This document shows, piece by piece, positions 10,315 to 20,166 of a DNA stretch of 64,000 nt. Position 1 is the first letter of the stretch; each line of letters opens with the position of its first letter. The translations under genes were made by a program, and so were the position numbers. Source of the DNA: Pseudomonadota bacterium (lineage in GTDB: Bacteria; Pseudomonadota; Gammaproteobacteria; Ga0077536); the NCBI GenBank assembly GCA_016719885.1, contig JADJYF010000010.1:64814-128813 (forward strand), written 5' to 3'. Under the pieces are notes generated by a model, which ran no database searches, was not told the DNA's origin, and saw nothing but the letters and a program-made list of their open reading frames with translations.

Positions 10315-10368
10315 GTGCGAATGAATTCGCACCTACAAGGAGTCCTGTAGGTGCGATTTCAATCGCAC
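10315..10368. repeat. Composite palindromic element (family B): GTGCGAATGAATTCGCACCTAC + spacer + GTAGGTGCGATTTCAATCGCAC
   Basis: Direct reading. The half-site is the hairpin GTGCGAAT-NN-ATTCGCAC. Two further copies at 26003..26076 and 49310..49390. Confidence 0.6.
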
Positions 10369-10383
10369 ATTGATCGGGCGCTG

Positions 10384-11181
10384 CTAACGATAGAACTTCA
10401 TGAAGTCCGGTTCGCGCTTCTCGTTCAGGGCCTTCACGCCTTCCTGCGACTCCTCGGTGTAGTAGTAAAGACGCAGCGCCTGCATGGCGAGCTGGCCCAT
10501 GCCGCGGATGGACTCGGTGTCGGCGTTGAAGCTCTTCTTGGCGAGCGCGATGGCGGTCGGGCTGCGCTTGTTGAGTTCCTCGCACCAGCGCATCACTTCG
10601 TCATCGAGTTCGGCGTCGGGCACCACGGCGTTGATGAGGCCCATGTCCAGCGCTTCCTTGGCGGTGTAACGCTTGCACATGTACCAGATCTCGCGCGCCT
10701 TCTTCTCACCCACCACGCGTGCGAGGTAGGCGGTGCCGAAGCCGGGATCGACCGAGCCCATCTTGGGGCCGACCTGGCCGAAGATGGCGTTGTCGGACGC
10801 GATGGTCATGTCGCACAGCGTGCAGAACACGTTGCCGCCGCCGATGGCGTAGCCGCGCACCTTGGCGATGACCGGCTTCGGGATGTCACGGATCACCGAG
10901 TGCAGTTCTTCGACCGGCATGCCGACCGCGCCGCGCGCATCGTTGTTGCCGTACTGGCCACCGCTGTGGTCGGACTGGTCGCCGCCGGTGCAGAAGGCCT
11001 TGCCGCCGGCGCCGGTGAACACCACCGAGCCGATGTCGCGATCCCAGCCCGCCATCTGGAAGGCGTCCAGCAGCTCGACGACGGTGCGCGGGCGAAAGGC
11101 GTTGTATTTCTGCGGGCGATTGATGGTGATGATGGCGGTACGGCCCACCTTCTCGTAAAGAACGTCTTCGTAATTGCTCAT
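10384..11181 (-). CDS. Crotonase-superfamily enzyme of the MenB/BadI (naphthoate synthase / 2-ketocyclohexanecarboxyl-CoA hydrolase) subfamily
   Basis: FCTGGDQ motif and the C-terminal YYYTEESQEGVKALNEKREPDF signature of the MenB/BadI subfamily. Confidence 0.75.
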   Translation of the reverse strand: MSNYEDVLYEKVGRTAIITINRPQKYNAFRPRTVVELLDAFQMAGWDRDIGSVVFTGAGGKAFCTGGDQSDHSGGQYGNNDARGAVGMPVEELHSVIRDIPKPVIAKVRGYAIGGGNVFCTLCDMTIASDNAIFGQVGPKMGSVDPGFGTAYLARVVGEKKAREIWYMCKRYTAKEALDMGLINAVVPDAELDDEVMRWCEELNKRSPTAIALAKKSFNADTESIRGMGQLAMQALRLYYYTEESQEGVKALNEKREPDFMKFYR

Positions 11182-11211
11182 GGGACTCTCCTCATTTGCT
11201 GGCTGTAATTG

Positions 11212-12006
11212 TCAACCGATCATCGAATAGCCGCCGCTCACGCTCAGCACCTGGCCGGTGATGTGGCCGGCGGCTTCGGAAGCGAGAAACACCACGGCAT
11301 TGGCGACGTCTTCGGGGCGACCGATCTTCTTCAAGGGCAGGCTCTTGGCGATCTGGGCGAGCTGGTCGGGGGTGAACATGCTGTCCTTGTTGACCCACAT
11401 GCTGTTGGCGCCGACTTCCGAGGTCTCGGCCGGAATGGTCACGCCCGGGCACACCACATTGCAGCGTATGCCGTTGCGGCCGTTTTCCTTGGCGATGGTC
11501 TTCATGAAGCTGTTGACGCCGGCCTTCATGCCGCCGTAAACCGCCTCGCGCGGTTCGCCCTGGCGGCTGGCATCGGAGCTGATCGACACGATGGCGCCCT
11601 TGTTCTGCGGCGCCATGATCGCGAGCGCGGTGTGGGTGCAGTTCAACATGCCGACAAAATTGACCTGGATGATCTTGGCCCACAGGTCGGGTGTGGTCTG
11701 GGTGAAGAACATGAGCTTGTCCCAACCGACGTTGTTGACCAGCACATCGACCGCGCCGAAGGCATCGGTGGTGCGTTTGAACATGGCCTGCACCTGTTCG
11801 AGGGACGTGACATCGCACTGCACGACCTCGACCGCGGCGGCGCCGGCCTTGCGCGCCTCGTCGGCCACCGCGTTGGCCTGCGCGGTATCGATGTCGCCGA
11901 TGGTGATCCTGGCGCCTTCGCGCGCGAAGCCGAGCACGATCGCGCGGCCGATGTTCGAGCCACCGCCGGTAACGATGACGGCCTTGTTCTTGAGTCCGAG
12001 ATCCAT
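11212..12006 (-). CDS. SDR-family dehydrogenase (BadH-like, 3-hydroxyacyl-CoA dehydrogenase type)
   Basis: VTGGGSNIGRA Rossmann motif, NNVG, S...YGGMK catalytic residues. Directly adjacent to the BadI-like gene. Confidence 0.75.
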   Translation of the reverse strand: MDLGLKNKAVIVTGGGSNIGRAIVLGFAREGARITIGDIDTAQANAVADEARKAGAAAVEVVQCDVTSLEQVQAMFKRTTDAFGAVDVLVNNVGWDKLMFFTQTTPDLWAKIIQVNFVGMLNCTHTALAIMAPQNKGAIVSISSDASRQGEPREAVYGGMKAGVNSFMKTIAKENGRNGIRCNVVCPGVTIPAETSEVGANSMWVNKDSMFTPDQLAQIAKSLPLKKIGRPEDVANAVVFLASEAAGHITGQVLSVSGGYSMIG

Positions 12007-12038
12007 GAAAACGCTCCTCGTCGAATGCTAGTGTGATG

Positions 12039-12980
12039 TCAGCGCAGGCCGAAAGCGACACGCGCCGCCTGGTATTCGGAAATCAATCGTGCCACACGCA
12101 GGCCCGCCGGCACGATATCCGTGACGGCGCCGACGCCGTGGCCGCAGCCCCAGATGTCGCGCCAGGTCTTGTGCGAATCGCCGCTGGGGCTGACGTTGGT
12201 GGCGTGCTCGGGGTCGCGCCGCAGCGCCCGCGGGTCGAGCCCGGCGCGAACGATGGATCCGGCCAGGAAATTGGCCGGCACGCCGCTGAAATAATCGGTG
12301 GTGACGATGTCGGCGCTGCGCGCGCCGGTCACCATGGTCTTGTAATCAATCGCCGCGTTGGCTTCCTCGGTGGCGATGAACGGTGTGCCGATATAGGCCA
12401 GATCCGCGCCCGCCGCCAGCGCGGCCAGCACGCTGCGACCGGTGGCGATGGCGCCGGACAGCGCCAGCGGCCCATCCCACCAGCCACGGATCTCTTCCAC
12501 CAGCGCGAACGGCGAAACATTGCCGGTGTGGCCGCCCGCGCCCGCCGCCACCGCGATCAGGCCGTCGCAGCCGTTGTCGATGGCCTTGCGCGCATGGCGG
12601 TCGGAGATCACATCGTTGAACACCAGGCCGCCATAGGCGTGCACGGCATCGACGATGTCGCGGTCCGCCGACAGGCTGATGATGACGATGGGCACGCGGT
12701 GCTTGACGATGATCTCGGTGTCGCGCGCCAGGCGATCGTTGCTGCGGTGAGCAATCTGGTTGATGGCGAACGGTGCCATCGCGCCATCGGCGCTGAGCGC
12801 GCTCGTGATCTCGCCCAGCCACGCATCGAGCTGCACGTCGGTGCGAGCATTCAGCGCCGGCATCGAGCCGACGATGCCGGCCCGGCATTGCGCCACCACC
12901 AGCGCCGGCGTCGAGACGATGAACATCGGCGCCGCCATGATCGGCGCGCGCAGCGTGGCAAGGAGCGTGGGCAGCGACAT
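12039..12980 (-). CDS. Nitronate monooxygenase / 2-nitropropane-dioxygenase-family FMN oxidoreductase (possible enoyl reductase)
   Basis: N-terminal PIMAAPMF(IVS) motif and a Gly-rich FMN-binding region AAGAGGHTG. Confidence 0.7.
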   Translation of the reverse strand: MSLPTLLATLRAPIMAAPMFIVSTPALVVAQCRAGIVGSMPALNARTDVQLDAWLGEITSALSADGAMAPFAINQIAHRSNDRLARDTEIIVKHRVPIVIISLSADRDIVDAVHAYGGLVFNDVISDRHARKAIDNGCDGLIAVAAGAGGHTGNVSPFALVEEIRGWWDGPLALSGAIATGRSVLAALAAGADLAYIGTPFIATEEANAAIDYKTMVTGARSADIVTTDYFSGVPANFLAGSIVRAGLDPRALRRDPEHATNVSPSGDSHKTWRDIWGCGHGVGAVTDIVPAGLRVARLISEYQAARVAFGLR

Positions 12981-12995
12981 GACGGTCTCGGCGAC

Positions 12996-14132
12996 TCAGA
13001 TGGCGCGGCTGATCAGTTCTTTCATGATCTCGGACGAGCCACCGTAGATGCGCTGGATGCGGGTGTCCTTCCAGAGCCGGGCAATCTCGTATTCGTTCAT
13101 GTAGCCATAGCCGCCGAACAGCTGCACGCAGGCATCGGTCACCGTCGAGCGCAGCTCGGTGTGAAAGAGCTTGGCCGAGGCCGCCTGGTCGGTGGTGAGC
13201 TTGCGCGCCACCAGCGCGGCCATGCAGGCATCGAGGTGCGCCCAGCCAACCTGCAGTTGGGTACGCAGATCGGCCAGCACGAAGCGCGTGTTCTGGAATT
13301 CCATCAGCGCATGGCCGAAGGCCTGGCGCTGCTTGACGTAGTCGACGGTCAGATCGTAGGCGCGTTGCGCGGCCGAATGCGCGGTCACGGCAATCGACAT
13401 GCGCTCCTGCGGCAGCTCCTGCATCATGTACACGAAGCCCTGGTTCTCGGCGCCCAGCAGGTAATGGGCCGGCACCGTGAGATCGTCGAAGAAGATCTCG
13501 GCGACGTCGGACGAGGCCTGGCCGACCTTGTCGAGCTTGCGCCCGACCTTGAAGCCGGGCCGGTCGGTTTCGCAGAAGAACAGCGAGATGCCCTTGGCGC
13601 CCGGCTCGGCGCCGGTACGCGCGGCGATGATGGCGATGTCCGCCGTCACGCCATTGGTGATGAAGGTCTTGGCGCCATTGATGCGGTAGTGGTCGCCTTC
13701 GCGCAGCGCGGTGCTGCGGATGGCTTTCAGATCGCTGCCGCCGCCCGGCTCGGTCATGCAGATGCAGGCGATGGCGCTGCCATCGACCATGCGCGGGATC
13801 CAGGCCTGGCGCACATCGTCGTGGGCATATTTCAAGAGGTAGTGCGCAACGATGTCCGAATGCACGCCGAACGCCGGCGTCGCCGAGCCGGTGTAGGACG
13901 TTTCTTCCAGCACGATGGCATTGGCGCGAAAGTCGAGACCGGCGCCGCCATAGGCTTCCGGCATGTCGGGACACAACACGCCCTGCTCGCCGCAGGCGCG
14001 CCAGAAGGACTTGTCGACCTGGCCCTGCGCTTCCCAGCGCGGAATGTTGGGCGTCAGCTCGGCGGCGAAGAAACGCCGCACCGCGTCGCGGAACTGGTGG
14101 TGCTCGTCGTCGAAGATGGTGCGCGCCAGCAT
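12996..14132 (-). CDS. Acyl-CoA dehydrogenase
   Basis: Motifs CMTEPGGGSDL, FITNG and C-terminal QLFGGYGYMNEYEIARLWKDTRIQRIYGGSSEIM. Confidence 0.85.
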   Translation of the reverse strand: MLARTIFDDEHHQFRDAVRRFFAAELTPNIPRWEAQGQVDKSFWRACGEQGVLCPDMPEAYGGAGLDFRANAIVLEETSYTGSATPAFGVHSDIVAHYLLKYAHDDVRQAWIPRMVDGSAIACICMTEPGGGSDLKAIRSTALREGDHYRINGAKTFITNGVTADIAIIAARTGAEPGAKGISLFFCETDRPGFKVGRKLDKVGQASSDVAEIFFDDLTVPAHYLLGAENQGFVYMMQELPQERMSIAVTAHSAAQRAYDLTVDYVKQRQAFGHALMEFQNTRFVLADLRTQLQVGWAHLDACMAALVARKLTTDQAASAKLFHTELRSTVTDACVQLFGGYGYMNEYEIARLWKDTRIQRIYGGSSEIMKELISRAI

Positions 14133-14144
14133 GTCCTTAATCTC

Positions 14145-15311
14145 TCAGTAGCTCTTCGGCAGGTCCAGGACCTTTTCGGCGATGAAGCACTTGATCAATT
14201 GCTCGGTGACCGGCGCGATGCGCGTGATGGTCACTTCGCGCAGCAGCCTTTCGACGTGGTATTCGCGTGCGTAGCCGAAACCGCCGTGGGTCATCACCGC
14301 CTGCAGGCAGGCCTCATGACCGGCCTTGGCGCCGAGAAACTTGGCGGCATTGGCCTCGGCGCCGCAGGGCCGGCCGTTGTCGTACAGCCACGCCGCCTTC
14401 ATGGCGATGGTGTAGGCCGCTTCGAGATTCATCCAGTTCTCGGCGAGCGGGTGCTGTATGCCCTGGTTCATGCCGATGGGCCGATCGAAGACCACGCGCT
14501 CCTGCGCGTAGCGGGTGGCGCGGCGCAGGGCATCCTGGCCGACACCGATGGCCTCGATGGCGATCAGCACGCGCTCGGGATTCAAGCTGTGCAGGATGTA
14601 ACCGAAGCCCTTGCCCTCTTGACCGATCAGGTCCTCATCGGGAATGAACAGGTTGTCGATGAACACCGCGTTCGAATCGACCGCCTTGCGGCCCATCTTC
14701 GGAATGCGCTTGATTTCCATCTTGCTGCGGTCGACATCGGTGTAGAACACGCTGATGCCATCGGTCGGGCGCTTGCAATCCTCGAGACGCGTGGTGCGCG
14801 CCAGCAGCATGATCTTGCTTGCCACCTGGCCGGTGGAGGTCCACACCTTCTGGCCATTGACGAGGTAGCCGCCGTCGACCTTCTTGGCGAAGGTCTTGAT
14901 ATGGGTGGTGTTGAGACCGGCATCCGGTTCGGTGACGCCGAAGCAGCATTTGTCCTGCCCCGCCACCAGCCGCGGCACCCAGCGCCGCTTCTGTTCGTCG
15001 GTACCGAACACCACGATGGGGTGCGGCCCGAACAGGTTGATATGCACGGTCGACGCCGCGGCGATACCACCGCCGTTGCTCACCACCTCGTGCATCATGA
15101 GCGCGGCTTCGGTCACGCCGAGGCCGGCGCCACCGTAGGCTTCCGGCATGGTGATGCCGAGCCAGCCGGCCTCGGCCATGGCGGCGTGGAAGGCATGCGG
15201 GAATTCGCCATCGTCATCGCGTTCGAGCCAGTAGTCGGCATCGAACTTGTGCACCACCGCACGCACCGCCTGCTGGATTGCACGTTGCTCTTCGGTCAAA
15301 TCGAAATCCAC
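14145..15311 (-). CDS. Acyl-CoA dehydrogenase
   Basis: Motifs GVTEPDAGLN, WTST and C-terminal QAVMTHGGFGYAREYHVERLLREVTITRI. Confidence 0.85.
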   Translation of the reverse strand: MDFDLTEEQRAIQQAVRAVVHKFDADYWLERDDDGEFPHAFHAAMAEAGWLGITMPEAYGGAGLGVTEAALMMHEVVSNGGGIAAASTVHINLFGPHPIVVFGTDEQKRRWVPRLVAGQDKCCFGVTEPDAGLNTTHIKTFAKKVDGGYLVNGQKVWTSTGQVASKIMLLARTTRLEDCKRPTDGISVFYTDVDRSKMEIKRIPKMGRKAVDSNAVFIDNLFIPDEDLIGQEGKGFGYILHSLNPERVLIAIEAIGVGQDALRRATRYAQERVVFDRPIGMNQGIQHPLAENWMNLEAAYTIAMKAAWLYDNGRPCGAEANAAKFLGAKAGHEACLQAVMTHGGFGYAREYHVERLLREVTITRIAPVTEQLIKCFIAEKVLDLPKSY

Positions 15312-15541
15312 GACAGTCTCCTTCAGTGATGGCTGGCGAACATGACACGGGCAAGCCTCGGCACGCGAGCGTGTCGACAGCGTGCGAGCGCGCGATGGCT
15401 TGACGAACAGATTAGCCTGCGTATAGTAAGCATGCGTATTACCTCTGTCAAAGGGATTTACACCAGCGTATGGTCAGCGTCGATATACTTTCCCGCGTCG
15501 CCAGTGCGCTGGCCGGCAGTGATCTCGCAACGGGAGGATCC

Positions 15542-16033
15542 ATGGCGCGCGAAAACGAAAATATCGGCGACGAACAAGTGAGTGACGAAGACTGGGCCAT
15601 CCGCCTCGGCTTCTATATCCACGACACCTCGCGCCTGCGTCGCATCATATACAACGCCGCATTGAAACCCGCCGGCGTGACGCGTTCGCAGGCTTGGGTG
15701 TTGGCCTATCTCGGGCGCAAAGACGGCATGGCGCAATCGGAGTTGGCGGCACAGCTCGATCTCGGCAAGGTCGCGCTCGGTGGCCTGGTCGACCGGCTCG
15801 AGGCGGTGGAATTGGTGGAGCGTCGCAGCGATGCCAAGGACCGTCGCGTCAAGCGCATCTTCCTGACCGCCGCCGGACGCAAGGTGGTGAACAAGATGCG
15901 CTCCATTTCCGAGCCCACCAACGCCGAGATCCTGGCCGGCATCTCGCCGGAAGACGTGCGCGCCACGGCCCGCACCCTGCGCGCGATCAAGGACAACCTG
16001 CTCAAGATGGCCGCCGGCAAGCTTCAGGAATAA
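15542..16033 (+). CDS. MarR-family transcriptional regulator (BadR-like position and orientation)
   Basis: Winged-helix region SQAWVLAYLGRKDGMAQSELAAQLDLGKVALGGLVDRLE...DRRVKRIFLT. Divergent from the acyl-CoA dehydrogenase genes. GGGAGGA ribosome-binding site. Confidence 0.75.
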   Translation: MARENENIGDEQVSDEDWAIRLGFYIHDTSRLRRIIYNAALKPAGVTRSQAWVLAYLGRKDGMAQSELAAQLDLGKVALGGLVDRLEAVELVERRSDAKDRRVKRIFLTAAGRKVVNKMRSISEPTNAEILAGISPEDVRATARTLRAIKDNLLKMAAGKLQE

Positions 16034-16039
16034 GGCGCG

Positions 16040-17710
16040 ATGATCCGCCACGAGTTGAAGAACCTGCGCCTGGACATCGATGCCGACGGCATCGGCGTGG
16101 CACTCGTGGACATGCCGGGACGACCGTTCAATGTCTTCTCGGACGACATGATCGACGACCTCGCCGCGCTCATCACGCTCATCGAAAAGACGCCGACGCT
16201 GAAAGCCGTGGTCATTGCCTCGGGCAAGGACGCCTTCATGGCCGGCGCCGATCTCGCCATGGTGCAAGGTTTCACCACGCTGCGCTTCAAGCACACGCCC
16301 GCCGAGATCCGTCGCGTGTTCTCGCGTCTCACCTACACCCTGCGCAAACTCGAAAAGCTGCGCGTGCCGACCGTGGCGGCCGTCAATGGCCTGGCGCTCG
16401 GCGGCGGTCTCGAATTGGCGATGGCCTGCCACTACCGCATCGCCGCGCAAGGCGCCACGCCCTGCCTGGGCCTGCCCGAAGTATTGTTGGGCCTGCTGCC
16501 GGGCGCGGGCGGCACGCAACGACTGCCGCGCCTCACCAGTCCCGCATTCGCGGCGCGCATGCTGCTCGGCGGTCAAGCGGTGACGCCGGCGGAGGCGCTC
16601 GAAGCGGGACTGGTCGATGCGCTCGCGGATCCTGCGGCGCTCCTCGCCAGCGCACGGGAAATGGCGCGCCACGCCACCCCCGGCGCACGCTGGGACCGGC
16701 GCGGTTGGCGCGCACCGGCCGACCTCGAACGGCTGCTCGATGCGCCCGACAGCGTCGAGCGATTGTTGGCGATGGCATGTACGGGCCCACGCGTGGCGCA
16801 TCTCTACCCGGCCGTCGGCGCCATCATGCAATGCCTGCGCGACGGCTTTCATCGCGATATCGAGGCCGGCATCGAAGTCGAGATCGACAGCTTCCTGCCG
16901 CTCATGCTGGGCCCGGTGGCCGGCAACATGGTGCGTACGAGTTTCCTGTCCAAGACCGCCGCGCCGAAACGCGCCGCCGCGCGCGCAGGCGCCAAGCCGG
17001 CCGACATCACGCGCGTGGCGGTACGGGGCCTCGCCAGCCTCCCGCCGCGCCTCGCCAAGCGCTTCGAAGTGGCGGCCGACGCCAGCGCCGCCGATGCGCT
17101 GCTGGCATTCGACGATGCCGCGACGCGCATCATCCGCGTGCGCGCCCTGCGCCATGACACGCCTGGCGACGGCGACGCGGAACTGCGCCTCGCCGCGCCT
17201 TTCGAGCACGCCGACGGTGTCGAGATTGCCGGCTCGGATGCCGCCGCCACCGCGGTCGCGCTCGGCATCGCCCAGCGCCTGCGCATGACGCCGGTGGTCA
17301 CCACGGCGGCGACGCCGGGCGCGGTGCACACCCTGCAAGAAGCAGTGCGCGCCTACGCCGCGCAGCACATCGGCAGCGCCAGCGCGCGCGCGGCGGCCGC
17401 CCATGCGCTCGATCTCGAGGCCTTGTTCGTGCGCGCCGGTCTCGAGGTCGCCGCGCTTGCGGGCTACACCGATGTCGATCGCGTCTACGGACTCAAACTG
17501 TTGACCACCGTGGCACTGGAAGCGGCGCGCCTGCTCGACGAAGGCGTGTTCGCCTGCGCCGAGGACGCCGATGTGCTGGCGGTATTCGCGCTCGGCTTTC
17601 CGGCCTGGAGCGGCGGGCCGCTCAGCTACCTCGACATGCTGCGCCGTGGCGAACTCGCCGGCGCCCAGGCGCCCGCCACGCTGCGCGCGGCCCCCTATTA
17701 CTCCCATTGA
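16040..17710 (+). CDS. FadB-like fusion protein: enoyl-CoA hydratase domain + linker + degenerate 3-hydroxyacyl-CoA dehydrogenase domain
   Basis: N-terminal crotonase motifs (VAAVNGLALGGGLELAMACHYR). A FadB-type linker and a C-terminal 3HCDH_C-like region are present. Where the GxGxxG NAD motif is expected the sequence is VAVRGLASL. Confidence 0.65.
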   Translation: MIRHELKNLRLDIDADGIGVALVDMPGRPFNVFSDDMIDDLAALITLIEKTPTLKAVVIASGKDAFMAGADLAMVQGFTTLRFKHTPAEIRRVFSRLTYTLRKLEKLRVPTVAAVNGLALGGGLELAMACHYRIAAQGATPCLGLPEVLLGLLPGAGGTQRLPRLTSPAFAARMLLGGQAVTPAEALEAGLVDALADPAALLASAREMARHATPGARWDRRGWRAPADLERLLDAPDSVERLLAMACTGPRVAHLYPAVGAIMQCLRDGFHRDIEAGIEVEIDSFLPLMLGPVAGNMVRTSFLSKTAAPKRAAARAGAKPADITRVAVRGLASLPPRLAKRFEVAADASAADALLAFDDAATRIIRVRALRHDTPGDGDAELRLAAPFEHADGVEIAGSDAAATAVALGIAQRLRMTPVVTTAATPGAVHTLQEAVRAYAAQHIGSASARAAAAHALDLEALFVRAGLEVAALAGYTDVDRVYGLKLLTTVALEAARLLDEGVFACAEDADVLAVFALGFPAWSGGPLSYLDMLRRGELAGAQAPATLRAAPYYSH

Positions 17711-17790
17711 AATCACGAGGACGCTGACATGATGAGCCCGGCTCGTCTTCATCACGCCACGGCGGCGCGCGCCGCGCGGAGCGTGCACCC

Positions 17791-18978
17791 ATGATCGGAC
17801 GCAAACTGTTCTCGCCCGATCATGAAATCTTTCGCGACGCGTGCCGCAAGTTCATCGCCAGGGAAATCACGCCGTTCCATGCGCAATGGGAAGAGGCCGG
17901 CATCGTACCGCGCGACCTGTGGCGCAAGGCCGGCGAAGCGGGCATGTTGTGCTGCGCGGTGCCCGAAGCCTACGGCGGCGCCGGCGCCGACTGGCTGTAC
18001 GACGTGGTGGTGTTCGAGGAGATGGCACGCGCCGGCGCCACCGGCCCGGGCTTCATGATCCATACCGACCTGGTCGCCACCTATCTCAGTTCTTTCGGCA
18101 CCGAAGAGCAGAAGAAGCAATGGCTGCCGAAGATGGTCAGCGGCGAGGTGATCGGCTCGCTCGGCATGACCGAGCCGCACGCCGGCTCCGATCTCAAGAA
18201 CATCCGCACGCGCGCGGTGCGCGATGGCGACGACTACGTCATCAACGGCCAGAAGGTGTTCATCTCCAACGGCCAGCTGTGCGACCTCATCGTGCTCGCC
18301 ACCAAGACCGATGGCGCGGCCGGCGCCAAGGGCATCACCCTGTTCCTGGTCGAGGGCGACCGCGCCGGCTTCACGCGCGGCCGCAACCTCGAAAAGCTCG
18401 GCATGAAAGCGCAGGACACCTCCGAGCTGTTCTTCGAGAACGTACGCGTGCCGGCGTCCAACATGCTCGGCAAGGAAGGCGAAGGCTTCGCCATCATGAT
18501 GACCAAGCTCGCGCAGGAGCGACTGGCCCAGGCCATCCGCAGCGCCACGGTGATCGAAGCCGTCATCGACTGGACGGTGGAGTACACCGCCCAGCGCGAA
18601 GCTTTCGGTCAGACCATCGCCGACTTCCAGAACACCCAGTTCAAGCTCGCCGAGTTGAAGGTCGAAGCGACCGCCGGCCGCGTGCTCACCGACCGCTGCA
18701 TGGAGTTGTTCCTGGCTGGCGAGCTCGACCCGCTCGACGCCGCGATGGCCAAGATGTTCCTGTCCAACCTGCACTGCAAGACGGTCGACGAATGTCTGCA
18801 GCTGTTCGGCGGCTGGGGCTACATGTGGGAATACCCGATCTGCCGCGCCTACGCCGACGCGCGCGTGGTGAAGATCGCGGGCGGTTCGATAGAGATCATG
18901 AAGTACCTGATCGGCCGCGACATGTTCAAGGCCCACAAAGAGCGCGGTGCGCAGCGTGACAGCGCGGCGCGACAGTAA
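17791..18978 (+). CDS. Acyl-CoA dehydrogenase
   Basis: Motifs GMTEPHAGSDL, FISNG and QLFGGWGYMWEYPICRAYADARVVKIAGGSIEIM. Paralog of CDS 12996..14132. Confidence 0.85.
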   Translation: MIGRKLFSPDHEIFRDACRKFIAREITPFHAQWEEAGIVPRDLWRKAGEAGMLCCAVPEAYGGAGADWLYDVVVFEEMARAGATGPGFMIHTDLVATYLSSFGTEEQKKQWLPKMVSGEVIGSLGMTEPHAGSDLKNIRTRAVRDGDDYVINGQKVFISNGQLCDLIVLATKTDGAAGAKGITLFLVEGDRAGFTRGRNLEKLGMKAQDTSELFFENVRVPASNMLGKEGEGFAIMMTKLAQERLAQAIRSATVIEAVIDWTVEYTAQREAFGQTIADFQNTQFKLAELKVEATAGRVLTDRCMELFLAGELDPLDAAMAKMFLSNLHCKTVDECLQLFGGWGYMWEYPICRAYADARVVKIAGGSIEIMKYLIGRDMFKAHKERGAQRDSAARQ

Positions 18979-19013
18979 AGAGTGAAAGCAACGGTTGTTC
19001 GGGGAGACGGCTC

Positions 19014-20132
19014 ATGTTCACGGATTACGCACGCTATTACCTGACTTTCGGCCTGCAGCTGTTGACGGCCACCGGCCTGTGCCTGGGCGGCGCCTGGGCG
19101 TGGCTCGGACTGTCGACGCTGTTCGTATTCGCGGTCATCGACGAGTTGTTGCCGCTCGATCTCGCGGTGCGACACATGAACAACCGACGCCTGGCCAGCA
19201 TTCCGCTGTGGCTGTGCACGTTGAGTGGTCCGCTGCTGGTGCTGGTGCTGGCATGGACCGCCGCCCACGGCCATTTCAGCGGCATCGACTGGGCCGGCGC
19301 CCTGATCAGCACCGCCTGGATGTCGGTCATCGCCTACGTGCCGGCCTCCCACGAGCTTTACCATCAGCGCGGCTGGCTGCCGCAGGTGGTGGGCACCTAT
19401 GGCCAGGTGGTGTATCTCGACTGCACGCGCAACGTCGGCCACACCGTCGGCCATCATCTCGACGTCGGCACGTTGGCCGATTCCGATACCGCGGTGCGCG
19501 GCAAGACGCTGTACGGCTTCACGCCACGCGCGGTGCTGGCCAGCACGCTGATGTCATCCCGCATCGAGAGCGACGCGCTGGAAAAGCGCGGCTACGGCCG
19601 CTGGTCGTGGCGGCACAAGGCCTACAAGGCGGTGCTCGCGCAGCTCGTGTTCCACACCATCGCCTACAGCGTGGCCGGCTGGACGGGCGTGGCGGCGGCG
19701 CTCGGTTCGATGCTGATCGCGCGGCTGTGGGTCGAGTCCTTCAACTACTTCCAGCACTACGGCATCGTGCGCGCCGAAGGCCGGCCGATAGCGCGTCGCC
19801 ACGTGTGGAATCATCTTGGCTTCTTCACGCGCATCGTCGCTTTCGAGATCACCAACCACGCCGATCATCATCTCGATTCCTATATCCCCTATTACAAGCT
19901 GAAGCCCGACACCACCGCGATCCGCACGCCCAACGTGTTCCTGTGCTTCCTGACCGCCTTGATACCGCCCCTGTGGCACAAGGTCATCATCATGCCGAAG
20001 CTCAAGGAGTGGGACTTGAAATTCGCCAGCGCCGAAGAGCGCGACATCGCGCGCGCGCAGAACCTCGCCGCCGGCTGGCCGGACTGGTTTGCCGATTCGA
20101 CGCCGGCGTCCGGCGCGACCGTCGCTGCCTGA
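19014..20132 (+). CDS. alkB: Integral-membrane non-heme di-iron hydroxylase of the AlkB / fatty-acid-desaturase family (alkane 1-monooxygenase-like)
   Basis: Histidine boxes HELYHQ, GHTVGHH and NHADHH, plus NYFQHYG motif. Several hydrophobic segments. GGGGAGA ribosome-binding site. Confidence 0.7.
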   Translation: MFTDYARYYLTFGLQLLTATGLCLGGAWAWLGLSTLFVFAVIDELLPLDLAVRHMNNRRLASIPLWLCTLSGPLLVLVLAWTAAHGHFSGIDWAGALISTAWMSVIAYVPASHELYHQRGWLPQVVGTYGQVVYLDCTRNVGHTVGHHLDVGTLADSDTAVRGKTLYGFTPRAVLASTLMSSRIESDALEKRGYGRWSWRHKAYKAVLAQLVFHTIAYSVAGWTGVAAALGSMLIARLWVESFNYFQHYGIVRAEGRPIARRHVWNHLGFFTRIVAFEITNHADHHLDSYIPYYKLKPDTTAIRTPNVFLCFLTALIPPLWHKVIIMPKLKEWDLKFASAEERDIARAQNLAAGWPDWFADSTPASGATVAA

Positions 20133-20166
20133 CATTCACTTCAACGCCAAGCCCAGGACGTCTCCG

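Noticed and set aside
15330-15541. Imperfect palindrome TAGTAAGCATGCGTATTA in the MarR/acyl-CoA dehydrogenase divergent intergenic region, as a MarR operator
   Set aside because: It is only a partial dyad, and I cannot verify symmetry beyond the GCATGC core. It is left unannotated.
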